DNA of 64,000 bases from contig OZ250169.1 in the NCBI GenBank assembly GCA_965237955.1, positions 4,480,001 through 4,544,000 of the forward strand, given 5' to 3'. The position numbers and the translations under genes are program-made. Shown in pieces: positions 39,643 to 50,185 of this stretch (its first letter is position 1; every line of letters starts with the position of its first letter). The DNA is from Candidatus Marinacidobacterales bacterium (GTDB taxonomy: Bacteria; Acidobacteriota; Vicinamibacteria; Marinacidobacterales; SMYC01). The notes beneath the pieces were generated by a model, which worked only from the letters and a program-made list of their open reading frames with translations, did no database searches and had not been told where the DNA came from.

Positions 39643-40250
39643 TCAATAGGAAAAATCAAGGTCCGTTGGCGTGCCGGGGAGAGGCAGAACTCAATTTTGA
39701 GGGGGTTCGCATGAGTCGTTGGTCAAAGCTGAGCTGAGTCCGACGCACGGCAAGCGGAATTCACGCGGAGAGGAGCTGCTAGCTCTGATTGAGACATAGC
39801 ACGGCCATGGAACGGTCGGCTGAGAGAGCTCGTTCTAGGAAGAAGCGGAATCAGGATCGCGGTTTTTACCTGGAGGAGCGCGCGCGGGTGGGTTTTGTTT
39901 ATCGAGATGATCGAGAATCCGTCGGATCACCTTGGGCTCGGTGATGAAAGAAACGATGCGCATTTGGCCGCCGCATTTTTTTGCAAATCAACGGGTCGGT
40001 TTTGAACACACGGCGGATCAAATTGGCCCATCGTCGGCGAAGAGTTTTACGCTGGGTAGCGTTGAGCTCGTCGTCGGCTGCAGGTGGTTTCTTTCGGGAA
40101 TATTTTCTACTTCGTCGAGCGTAGTGGCCGTAGTACAAGATCGAATGTTGGCTAGGCTGGGGAATGTGGATGAGCACCCGGGCAAGGAACTCGAGCGGGT
40201 CGAGAAGCTCGGCTTTTCTGTTTCTTGATTTGGGCTGATAGAGGACGTAA
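39643..40250 (-). mobile_element. IS91-family (rolling-circle) element remnant: transposase C-terminus plus oriIS-like end
   Basis: LDPLEFLARVLIHIP...YYGHY...WANLIRRVFKTDPLIC, frameshifting to CGGQMRIVSFITE; downstream TTGATTTTTCCTAT at 39659-39646. Confidence 0.8.
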
Positions 40251-40334
40251 ATAGAAGGATCAAATGTTTTAAGGGAGGTGTTAAGTGCATCAAAAAAATC
40301 CAAAAAGTTTTATCAGTAAGGAAAGGAGGCTATC

Positions 40335-41894
40335 TTGATGTTTACTCGACAAGTTGTTTGTGCAAACCTTTTCTTGTCCATGTTTTTGGGCCTGTGCCAT
40401 GTTGCAACGGCTAAATCCGTACCAATTGATGCGGAAATGCCCAGTCAACAGGCCCAGGAAGAGGACGATTCCATTCCGTCGGAACAGAAGGTACGGCGTT
40501 ATGTGAACCCGCTTCCCCTGGAATATCCTGTCCATTCATCAGCGGGTGGTGATGGATTTGATAGGATGAATGTCGCGGATCCCACGGTCGTACGGCATGA
40601 TGGACAGTATTATCTGTTCGGCACAGAGGGCATGGCATGGGTTTCCTCCGACCTGGTGAACTGGAAATATCATCCTGTAACCCTGCCCGAGGGCAGAAGC
40701 GCAGTAGCACCCGACGTTGCCGAGTATAAGGGTAATTTTTACATGTGCGGCAACACTCAAGATTTATTCCGCAGTCCCCACCCCCTGGGCCCATGGGAAT
40801 TCATCGGCGAGTTCAAGGATGAAAAAGGCGAAACCTTTAGCTTAGGCGACTGCATGATGTTCGTCGATGATGACGAGCGTGTTTATATGTATTACTCGGC
40901 TGACGGAATTTACGGGGTAGAGCTTGACCAGAATGATTTAAGAAAATTTAAATCCGCCCCCACGCACTTTTTCCGTTTCGAGCCATCACATATCTGGGAG
41001 CGATTCGGTGATCGCAACGAGTATTCCAAGCTCTCCTGGATCGAGGCTCCCTGGATGACCAAACACAATGGAACCTACTACCTGCAATACTCTGGTCCAG
41101 GGACCGAATGGAAAACCTATGCCGTAGGATACTATACCAGTAGCAGTCCACTCGGTCCTTTCACCTATTACCCGGGCAGTCCCATTCTTGTGCACAACAA
41201 AGGCTTAATCAACGGTGTTGGACATCATTGTGTCATCGATGCCCCGGACGGCTCATTGTGGGCATTTTTCAATATCCTGTACCAGAACTTGCCGGGTCGT
41301 CTGGAAGAAAGGCGCATTGGCATGGACCCTGTTGAGTTTGATGAAGATGGGAACATGAATATTCTCGGTCCTACTGAGACTCCACAATGGGGGCCCGGAT
41401 TAAAAACACAAGCCCTGGATGACGCTATTGGTGACGTCATCCCTGTATCAATCAATAAAACGGAATATTCTGTCAGCAGTGAAGCTCCGGGACGTGATGC
41501 ACAATATGCCTTCGACAACTACATCAGAACATGGTGGGAGGCGGATGCAAATGATCCTCAACCCAGGCTGATGATTGACCTCGGCTTTCTCGACACTGAC
41601 CAGGAGTTCATCATTAATTCTTCACGGATTATATTTACGGCCTATAAGCTGAAACGTTCTGAAGGTATAGTTCCAGGTCCTTACCAGTACAAAATCGAGG
41701 TTTCATCAGACGGAGAGACCTTTAGAACAGCGGTTGATAAGACAAAAAACAACCTAACGAAAAATGTCGAATATGACGAGATTGACCCAGTAAAGTGCCG
41801 GTATGTCAGGCTGACCGTTACCGGAGCACCCCCTAAGGTTCCTGTCGGCATCATCGAGTTTACTGTTTTTGGCAATCCAGTAGAACCTAAGTAA
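40335..41894 (+). CDS. Secreted GH43 glycoside hydrolase with C-terminal F5/8 (discoidin) domain
   Basis: ADPTV, APDV, WIEAPW, GHH motifs; CRYVRLTVTG; visibly lower GC. Confidence 0.85.
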   Translation: MMFTRQVVCANLFLSMFLGLCHVATAKSVPIDAEMPSQQAQEEDDSIPSEQKVRRYVNPLPLEYPVHSSAGGDGFDRMNVADPTVVRHDGQYYLFGTEGMAWVSSDLVNWKYHPVTLPEGRSAVAPDVAEYKGNFYMCGNTQDLFRSPHPLGPWEFIGEFKDEKGETFSLGDCMMFVDDDERVYMYYSADGIYGVELDQNDLRKFKSAPTHFFRFEPSHIWERFGDRNEYSKLSWIEAPWMTKHNGTYYLQYSGPGTEWKTYAVGYYTSSSPLGPFTYYPGSPILVHNKGLINGVGHHCVIDAPDGSLWAFFNILYQNLPGRLEERRIGMDPVEFDEDGNMNILGPTETPQWGPGLKTQALDDAIGDVIPVSINKTEYSVSSEAPGRDAQYAFDNYIRTWWEADANDPQPRLMIDLGFLDTDQEFIINSSRIIFTAYKLKRSEGIVPGPYQYKIEVSSDGETFRTAVDKTKNNLTKNVEYDEIDPVKCRYVRLTVTGAPPKVPVGIIEFTVFGNPVEPK

Positions 41895-41898
41895 ATAA

Positions 41899-43435
41899 GG
41901 GTCTTCAGCAGAATCTGTGGGTAGAAAAGCGTCTGCCATGCCCGTTCAGTGGACCACGGTGCTCGCCCGCGTCAAGGCTTCCCTCGCTTCTGCTCGGCGG
42001 CTGCGCCGGCCTGGACGCGGACGGCGCTGCGTGGTGGTAGCGAGTATGGGCGATGGGCGAACGGGGCTCCGGCGGGGGCTCTGCGCACTGGGTTCATCCC
42101 GACGTCCCCCCGGAAACAAGCGCATCCCGAGGTCGACTCTGAGAAGATGAGTTTGCAAAAACAAAACCTTCTTGGGAGTCGCACAGGATGCAGTTGAAGA
42201 CTATCTTGTATCGGGTTCGAAAGCATCGGAGCTTTGTTTACGAGATGGTGCGTGTCGTTGGCGAACAGATCGAGGTCGAACTCCGGCCCCGAAAGAACGG
42301 CAGAGCGATCTGTTCCGAGTGCAAGCGCCCGGCTCCAGGCTACGACACCCTCGCTCAACGTCGCTTCGAGCTTGTTCCGTTGTGGAACCTGAAGGTCTTC
42401 TTCCTCTATGCGCCCCGCCGGGTGGCTTGCCTACGCTGTGGCGTGAAGGTGGAGAAGCTTCCATGGTCGGAAGGCAAACATCGACTCACCCGAGCCTATG
42501 CTTGGTTCTTAGCCACGTGGGCGAAGCGGATGAGCTGGAAAGAGGTAGCTGAGCTGTTTCACACGAGCTGGGAGAATGTGTTCCGCGCGGTCGAGATGGC
42601 CGTCGAGTGGGGCCGTAAGCATATGGATTTGAATGATATCGGGGCTATTGGCATCGATGAGATCCGATGGCACAAAGGCCATCACTTCCTCACGGTGGTC
42701 TACCAGATCGACAAGCACCGCAAGAGGCTTGTGTGGTTGGGCGACAAACGTCGCGTCAAAACCTTGCTCAGGTTCTTTCGCTGGTTCGGCAAGGAGCGAA
42801 GCGCTGCGCCCGAGTTCATCTGCTCCGACATGTGGCGACCATACCTGAAGGTCATTGCCAAAAAAGCCCCTCAGGCCGTGCCTATCCTGGACCGATTCCA
42901 CATCATGTCGATGCTGAGCAAAGCCATCGATAAAGTGCGGGCCGAGGAAGCCAACCAGCTCCGTGTTCAAGGTTACGAGCCAGTCTTGAAGGGCTCGCGC
43001 TGGTTGCTACTCAAGCGAAGGGAGAATCTCACCGAAGCGCAGGATGTCAAGCTCGCGGAGCTTGTTCAATACAACCTCCGTTCCATTCGGAGCTATCTCT
43101 TGAAGGAGGACTTCCAGTTCCTGTGGAAATATGTTTCTCCTTACTGGGCAGGTCGATTCCTCGACCGGTGGTGTACTCGAGTCATGCGCTCACGAATCGA
43201 GCCGATGAAAAGGGTGGCTCGCTCGATGCGCAACCATCGTGAGCTCATTCTCAATTGGTTCCGTGCCAGGGAAACCATCTCCGCCGCCATGGTTGAGGGC
43301 TTCAACAACAAAGCGAAACTGACTACCAGAAAAGCCTTCGGGTTCCGGACCTTCAAAGCCGCCGAACTCGCCCTGTTTCACACGCTTGGAGATCTACCGG
43401 AGCCAGATATGACCCACAGATTCTGCTGAGGAAGC
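41899..43435 (+). mobile_element. ISL3-family element; transposase 42188..43429
   Basis: 24-bp imperfect IR GGGTCTTCAGCAGAATCTGTGGGT / GCTTCCTCAGCAGAATCTGTGGGT; IGIDEI, CSDMW, LDRFH, VEGFNNKAK. Confidence 0.92.
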
Positions 43436-43455
43436 AAAAAAAAGGAGAAAAAATC

Positions 43456-45759
43456 ATGAAAAAAAGCAGATTAAGGAACATATTGTTCCATTTGGTTTTA
43501 CCACTTTTTTGCTTTCATGCATGTATCCAGGAAAAATCCGGTTCAGTACCCCAATTTGGGAAAGATCCGGTAAAAGAAGTCATTGCGGCCATGACTCTTG
43601 AAGAAAAAGCCATGGTGGTTGTCGGTGCCGGTGCAGAGCCTCAACTTATTCCCGGTGCTGCCGGAAGAACACATGAAATTTCCCGTCTTGGTATTCCTGC
43701 CATTGTTTTAGCTGATGGACACTCAGGACTCAGAATAAGTCCAACCAGAAGAGACGACTCTGAAACTTATTATTCCACGGATTTTCCAATTGCCACCCTG
43801 CTGGCTTCGACCTGGGATTTAGAGTTGATTTACTCTGTTGGACAAGCATTAGGAAATGAGGCTCTCGAGTATGGAGTAGATGTGTTATTGGCTCCTGGCT
43901 TGAACATTCACCGTAATCCCTTGGCTGGAAGGAATTTGGAATATTTTTCGGAAGATCCTCTGGTCACGGGAAAAATGGCTGCAGCCATGGTAAAGGCAAT
44001 AAAATCACAGGGTGTCGGTACATCCATCAAACATTTTGTAGCCTACAATCAGAAAACCAATAATAACGTCATCGTTAGTGAAAGAGCTTTACGGGAAATC
44101 TACCTGGAAGGGTTCCGTATAGCAGTAGAAGAAGCCCAACCCTGGGCTGTGATGTCATCGATGGATAAACTCAACGGCCCTGATACTTCTGAGAACCATG
44201 ACCTTTTAACAAAAATATTACGTGATGACTGGGGCTTTGAAGGTTATGTGATGACCGACTGGGAAGGCGGAGACGATGTCGTGGCCCAGATGGAAGCCGG
44301 TAACGATATCCTGATGGCCGGGAGGCCGGAACAATCAGAAGACATTGTAAATGCAGTGAAAGAGGGAAATCTTAATGAGACAGTTTTGGACAAGAATGCG
44401 GAAAGGATTCTGAATATATTACTCGAAACACCCAAGTTCAAAGGCTACGACTATACCAATAAGCCCGATCTTGAAGGGCATGCCCGGCTTGCACGCCAGG
44501 CTGCCACGGAGGGAATGGTCCTGCTGAAAAATGAAAATAAAGCACTCCCTCTGGCTGAGGATATTAAGAAGATTGCTGCATTCGGGAAAACTTCCTATGA
44601 AGTTATTACCGTAGGAATAGGTAGTGCTGATGTCACGACCTACCATATAGAACTTGTTGAGGGATTGGAAAACGGAGGATATGCCGTTGATGAATCCTTG
44701 CAGGAAGAGTACCTGAGTTATATCAAAGAAAGCAGAGTTGCGCAGCCCGAGCGGAAATTTTCGTTTATGCCGGAAATGCCTATCTCCGATAAGTTGGCCG
44801 GTAAAATGGCTAACGAGACAGATATTGCTCTCATCACTATCGGCAGAAATTCAGATTTGGAGAATCGGAAAGAAGAAGGGGATTTTAATTTAACGGAAAC
44901 TGAAAAATCGTTGATTCAAACTGTATCCCAGGCGTTCCAGGCACAAGGCAAAAAGGCCATTGTTATCCTGAACATTGCGGGTGTCATTGAAACAACCAGC
45001 TGGAGGGATATTCCGGATGCCATCCTGCTGGCATGGCAACCCAGGCAGGAAGTCGGAACCTCCATTGTTGACTTAATCAGTGGTAAGGTCAATCCTTCCG
45101 GTAAGCTTGCCACCACATTCCCTGTTTCATACCAGGATGTGCCTTCAGCAGACAATTTCCCTGGCATTGAACTGGAAGTGCCGGAATCGGAGAGGGCGAA
45201 CGAAGGCGGCGTTGGGTCCAGACTCAGAGTACCTGCCGAATTGGTTTACGAAGAAGATATCTACGTAGGCTACCGGTATTACAATACATTCGATGTTCCC
45301 GTTGCCTATGAATTTGGGTACGGATTGTCATATGCCCAATTTGAGTACGATAACATTCAGATCAGCTCAAAGAAATTCGAAAACAACCTTACTGTTTCTG
45401 TTGATACTAAAAACACGGGTGAAGTTGCCGGTCGCGAAGTAGTTCAGGTATACCTCAGCGCTCCTGCCGGTAAACTCGATAAGCCCGAAGAAGAATTGGC
45501 AGCCTTTGGAAAAACCAAATTATTGGAACCTGGAGAGGCTCAAACGCTAAGCTTTGTGATCAACAAAATTGACCTTGCTTCATTTGATACAGAGGCTTCA
45601 GCCTGGGTTGCAGACGCGGGAAATTATACTGTGAAGGTAGGCGCTTCCTCAAAGGATATCAAACAGACAATTACTTTTAAACTGGGTAAGGAACTTATCG
45701 TGAAGCAAGTTAATAAAGCATTGACGCCTCAACGGGAAATAAAAACTATAAAACCTTGA
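43456..45759 (+). CDS. GH3 beta-glucosidase-like lipoprotein with Fn3-like C-terminus
   Basis: LADGHSG, SEDP, SIKHF, VMTDW nucleophile, EFGYGLSY; AT-rich. Confidence 0.92.
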   Translation: MKKSRLRNILFHLVLPLFCFHACIQEKSGSVPQFGKDPVKEVIAAMTLEEKAMVVVGAGAEPQLIPGAAGRTHEISRLGIPAIVLADGHSGLRISPTRRDDSETYYSTDFPIATLLASTWDLELIYSVGQALGNEALEYGVDVLLAPGLNIHRNPLAGRNLEYFSEDPLVTGKMAAAMVKAIKSQGVGTSIKHFVAYNQKTNNNVIVSERALREIYLEGFRIAVEEAQPWAVMSSMDKLNGPDTSENHDLLTKILRDDWGFEGYVMTDWEGGDDVVAQMEAGNDILMAGRPEQSEDIVNAVKEGNLNETVLDKNAERILNILLETPKFKGYDYTNKPDLEGHARLARQAATEGMVLLKNENKALPLAEDIKKIAAFGKTSYEVITVGIGSADVTTYHIELVEGLENGGYAVDESLQEEYLSYIKESRVAQPERKFSFMPEMPISDKLAGKMANETDIALITIGRNSDLENRKEEGDFNLTETEKSLIQTVSQAFQAQGKKAIVILNIAGVIETTSWRDIPDAILLAWQPRQEVGTSIVDLISGKVNPSGKLATTFPVSYQDVPSADNFPGIELEVPESERANEGGVGSRLRVPAELVYEEDIYVGYRYYNTFDVPVAYEFGYGLSYAQFEYDNIQISSKKFENNLTVSVDTKNTGEVAGREVVQVYLSAPAGKLDKPEEELAAFGKTKLLEPGEAQTLSFVINKIDLASFDTEASAWVADAGNYTVKVGASSKDIKQTITFKLGKELIVKQVNKALTPQREIKTIKP

Positions 45760-45976
45760 TTTTTCTGCATGTTTCGCAAGTTATGTTCTATGTATAAGAT
45801 TACTATCCAGGCTAACTGGAATAACAATCTGGTAATGTATGCTCACGGATATGAATTCCCGGATAGTACTTTTATTACTGGCCACTCTAGGGAGGAGGGA
45901 TTTCCCTGGCCACTATTGAATACTATCCTCAGTACTATCACGGAGCCCTTCCTAAAACTTAGACATCATGTATTGA

Positions 45977-46417
45977 ACCTGCCCTACCTTGAGAGCGTGG
46001 GTTACGCTTTCGCGGATTAGCACGAAGGCACAGAGCCACAATCAACGAGGGCAGGTCATGGAAGAGTATAGCGAATACGTAGGATTGGATGTTCACAAAA
46101 GACACGATCGCGGTCGCGGTGGCGTCGCCGGGTCGGAGCAAACCAAAGTCGCTGGGGATCATCGCGAACACGAAGAAGTCGGTGCTGAAGTTGGTCGACA
46201 AACTATCACCGAACGGAAAAGTTCTTGGCTTGTGCTATGAGGCAGGTCCGTGCGGATACGAGCTGTACCGTTGGGTCAAGCAAACGGGCCACGACTGTGA
46301 AGTGGTGGCTCCATCCAAGATTCCGAAGAAAGCCGGAGAGAGGGTGAAAACGGATCGTCGTGACGCGGTGAAGTTGGCGTCGTTGTTTCGCTCTGGAGAG
46401 TTGACGCCGGTGTGGGT
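45977..46417 (+). mobile_element. IS110-family element, left end and N-terminal transposase fragment (46058..46417, frameshifted)
   Basis: YVGLDVHK, CYEAGPCG, VKTDRRDAVKLA; cut by the next IS. Confidence 0.85.
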
Positions 46418-47652
46418 TGTGCCTTCCAATAAATTCGATCCGCGACCCTCGGAGCGAGTTCACGCGCGCCGAATGCTCTGGTCGGCGTCACGGCAATCAC
46501 GGGATCGGAGCCATCGCGTGAACGGCGGGCCTGTTTGCGGGAAGGACATCGCATCAAGGGCGGCGACCCTCACGCAGCGAGCTGTAATAATGATGGAGAC
46601 CCCCGACCTTCGGAACAGCTGTCACTCGCCCTATCGAGCGAGACTGGACGGGTCGTCGCTCGGGGGCGTCTTTCTCGAGCGACAAGTGAGTCCGGCAGGA
46701 ATGATAGTAGTCGACGTATTCGCTCAGGATTCGCCTGAGGTGCCGCTCGGTGAGGACGATCACGTGGTCGAGACACTCGCGGCGGATGGATCCGACCATC
46801 CTTTCGACGAATGGATTCTGCCACGGCGAGCGTGGTGCCGTGAGGACCTTCTCGACGCCCAGTCCCGCGACGCGCCGATCGAAGTACGCCCCGTAGATCC
46901 ATCCCGGTCCCGCAGCAGATAGCGCGGCGCCGTGTCCCATGGAAAGGCATCCACGATCTGCTGGGCGCTCCACTCGGCTGTAGGGTGTTCGGTGACGTTG
47001 AAATGGACCATACTTCGCCGATCGTGACGAAGGATGATGAAGACAAACAGAACTCGGAAGGTTGCGGTTGGGAAAGTGAAGAAGTCGATGGACACCAAGT
47101 CCTTGACATGATTGTCGAGAAAGCTCCGCCAGGCCTCGGACGGTGGTTTGCGACGGCGAATCATGTACTTGGAAACAGCGGCCTGGGAAATGGAGATGCC
47201 GAGCTTCGCGAGCTCGCCGTGAACGCGCGGCGCTCCCCAGAGCGGATTGGCTCGAACATTCCCGGATCAGCTCGCGTACTTCCGGAGCGACGCCTGGTCG
47301 ACCGGGCCGACGTTTCCGGCTCTTCCAAGTCAATAGCGTCTGAACCCCGCGCGGTGCCACCGGACAATGGTCTCAGGCTTCACGATGACGAGGACGTTGT
47401 CCCAGTCCGTCTAGACTCTTCGCAAAAGAACCCAGAAGCCGCGGTCGACATTCGAGAGGCGCGGCCGTTTCACCGAGCGCTGGAGGACGACGAGCTGCTG
47501 CCGGAGTGCGAGATTCTCGAGGGCCAGCGAGCGGCGCGTTTTGAACGCCGAAACGAGGGAGCAAAGGAACGAGGAAATCATGCGCGAATGCTGACGCGGA
47601 GTTCTGTGAAAGATCAAGAGGGACGCGCCCGGACGAATAAATGGAAGGCACA
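46418..47652 (-). mobile_element. IS with integrase-core DDE transposase, multiply frameshifted
   Basis: IRs TGTGCCTTCCAATAAATTCGATCC / TGTGCCTTCCATTTATTCGTCC; LENLALRQQL, SIDFF, LRDRD, SPWQNPFVER. Confidence 0.85.
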
Positions 47653-47725
47653 AGCAGTAACGCCCCACCAATAGACGGCTTGCCCCACCGTCCGATAACA
47701 TCTTCTTATATGATAAGGGCTAGCC

Positions 47726-48064
47726 ATGTCATTGACCCCCGGCACCAAGCTGGGTCCCTAATGCGCGAGTTGGTCTGGGTCGATCGCGAGGGAGTCGAGC
47801 ATCCTCTCACCGAGACACGAGGAGGCTACTTGGTCCCGCGACTCTCACTGGATGGCCGCTGCCTCGCCTACACGGCGAACGAGTCGGGCCAGAGAGAGGT
47901 GTACGTGCGGCCCTTTCCCGGCTTTTATGCATAACTACGACGTGGCCCCCGACGGCCGGCGTTTCGTGATGATCAAAGAGAGCGAGCTGGACTCAGCACC
48001 AGTCCAAATCAACGTCGTCCTCAACCGGTTCGAGGAATTGAAACGGCTTGTTCCGACGAACTAG
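47726..48064 (+). pseudogene. Collapsed Ser/Thr kinase-PD40 gene (start, two propeller pieces and C-terminus only)
   Basis: MSLTPGTKLGP / RELVWVDREG...DGR / ESGQREVYVRPFPG / NYDVAPDGRRF...INVVLN.FEELKRLVP*. Confidence 0.7.
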
Positions 48065-48130
48065 GACGACAAGCGCCGGGCGCTTCTCGAGACCCAGGCG
48101 CACCTGAATGCCTTAGGCGAAAGGAAAGGT

Positions 48131-48403
48131 ATGCAATCGTCCGGCGACAAACGAGAGTATTGGAAAAAGAACTTGACCTATGTCGGAGCTCTGCTCGCGA
48201 TCTGGTTCATCGTATCCTTTGGCTTCGGCATCCTACTCGTGGAGCCGTTGAACCATATCCGAATCGGTGGCTTCAAACTCGGCTTTTGGTTCGCCCAGCA
48301 AGGCTCGATGTACGTGTTCGTCATTCTGATCTTTGTCTATGTGCGCCTGATGAACCGGCTCGATCGCGCCCATGACGTCGATGAGCGGGAGGATCGCTCA
48401 TGA
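48131..48403 (+). CDS. Small membrane partner of the solute symporter (DUF4212-like)
   Basis: YWKKN...GFKLGFWFAQQGS. Confidence 0.85.
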   Translation: MQSSGDKREYWKKNLTYVGALLAIWFIVSFGFGILLVEPLNHIRIGGFKLGFWFAQQGSMYVFVILIFVYVRLMNRLDRAHDVDEREDRS

Positions 48404-50082
48404 ATGTCCAGGCATGGACGTTCGTGATGGTGGCGTCGTCTTTCGCGCTCTACATCGGTGTTGCCATCTGGTCCCGTGCGCGGTCGACCGATGACTTCTA
48501 CGTCGCCGCCGCGCAGGTATCGCCGGTTGTCAACGGCATGGCCACAGCTGCGGGTTGGATGAGCGCCGCATCGTTCATCTCGATGGCGGGTCTCATCGCA
48601 TTCATGGGACGGGACGGCTCGGTTTACTTGATGGGCTGGACCGGTGGCTATGTCCTCTTGGCGCTTCTGCTTGCTCCTTACTTACGAAAGTTCGGCAAGT
48701 ACACGGTGCCAGACTTCGTCGGAGATCGCTACAATTCCCAGGTCGCCCGAATCGTCGCTGTCATCTGTGCGATCTTCGTTTCCTTTACCTACGTCGCCGG
48801 CCAGATGCGCGGCGTCGGAATCGTCTTCTCACGCTTTCTCGGCGTCGGCATCGAGGCCGGAGTCCTCATCGGCATGGGCATCGTCTTCTTCTATGCGGTG
48901 CTCGGCGGAATGAAGGGCATCACTTATACACAAGTCGCCCAGTATTGCGTTCTGATTTTCGCCTTCCTGGTACCCGCGATCTTCATCTCATTGCTATTGA
49001 CGGGAAACCCGATTCCTCAGCTCGGCTTCGGCAGCGTACTCGCGGACGGTTCTGGGACCTACCTCCTCGACCGTCTGGATGGTCTCGCGCGGGAGTTGGG
49101 ATTTTCCGCCTACACCGACGGTCAAAAGGGCACGCTCGACGTCCTCTTTATCACCGCGGCGCTGATGCTAGGGACGGCCGGATTGCCGCATGTGATTGTG
49201 CGCTTTTACACCGTCCCCAAAGTGTGGCAAGCGAGAAGCTCTGCTGGATGGGCGCTGCTGTTTATTGCATTGCTCTACACGACGGCTCCGGCAGTGGCCG
49301 CCTTTGCTCGGGTGAACCTTCTGACCACTGTCTCCAACACGCCCTATCGAGATGTGCCGAGCTGGTTTACGAATTGGGAGACCACCGGGTTGATCCACTT
49401 CGAGGACAAGAATGGAGATGGGCTGATTCAATACACCGGCCCCGCCTCAGAGGTTCCGAATGAGCTGACGATCGATCGGGACATCATGGTGCTTGCGAAC
49501 CCCGAGATCGCAAATCTTCCGCACTGGGTTACGGGGCTCGTCGCTGCAGGCGGACTGGCCGCTGCGTTTTCGACCGCCGCAGGTCTCCTCTTGGTCATCT
49601 CTACTTCGATTGCGCACGACCTGTTCAAGAACGCCATCCGTCCATCCATTACAGAAAAAGGCGAGTTGCTGGTCGCTCGCATCACTGCAGGATTTGCGGT
49701 CATCATTTCCGGCTACTTGGGTATCAACCCACCTGGCTTTGTCGGCGAGGTGGTTGCTTTGGCCTTTGGGTTGGCGGCGTCGTCGTTTTTCCCGGCCATC
49801 CTTCTGGGAATCTTTAGCAAGCGAATGAATAGCTACGGCGCGGTGAGTGGCATGGTCGCCGGCATCACCTTCACGTCACTCTATATCGCCTATTTCAAAT
49901 TCTTCCATCCCGAGCTCAACAGTGCTGAACATTGGTGGCTAGGTGTGTCACCCGAAGGCATCGGCACGGTCGGCATGGCACTGAATTTCCTCGTTGCTTG
50001 GGCGGTGGCTTCGTTTACCGAACCACCCCCGCTCGAGGTACAGCAGTTCGTCGAGGAAATTCGCGTGCCACGAAAAGGATAA
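48400..50082 (+). CDS. Sodium:solute (cation/acetate, ActP-like) symporter
   Basis: WMSAASFIS, GGMKGITYTQV, GTAGLPHV. Confidence 0.92.
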   Translation: MNVQAWTFVMVASSFALYIGVAIWSRARSTDDFYVAAAQVSPVVNGMATAAGWMSAASFISMAGLIAFMGRDGSVYLMGWTGGYVLLALLLAPYLRKFGKYTVPDFVGDRYNSQVARIVAVICAIFVSFTYVAGQMRGVGIVFSRFLGVGIEAGVLIGMGIVFFYAVLGGMKGITYTQVAQYCVLIFAFLVPAIFISLLLTGNPIPQLGFGSVLADGSGTYLLDRLDGLARELGFSAYTDGQKGTLDVLFITAALMLGTAGLPHVIVRFYTVPKVWQARSSAGWALLFIALLYTTAPAVAAFARVNLLTTVSNTPYRDVPSWFTNWETTGLIHFEDKNGDGLIQYTGPASEVPNELTIDRDIMVLANPEIANLPHWVTGLVAAGGLAAAFSTAAGLLLVISTSIAHDLFKNAIRPSITEKGELLVARITAGFAVIISGYLGINPPGFVGEVVALAFGLAASSFFPAILLGIFSKRMNSYGAVSGMVAGITFTSLYIAYFKFFHPELNSAEHWWLGVSPEGIGTVGMALNFLVAWAVASFTEPPPLEVQQFVEEIRVPRKG

Positions 50083-50185
50083 AGGATAGGAAATTCTATC
50101 CTGGGACGTAGGGAACCGGGAGCGGAATTTTCGCGGTGGGGGTGAACAAAAGCCCGGGAGTGCGTGCAGCGGATAGCTGAGAGAC

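Noticed and set aside
45769-45950. oriIS-like ACTATCC motifs
   Set aside because: The first lies within a coding-like relic (YKITIQANWNNNLVMYAHGY), and both lack TTCCTAT
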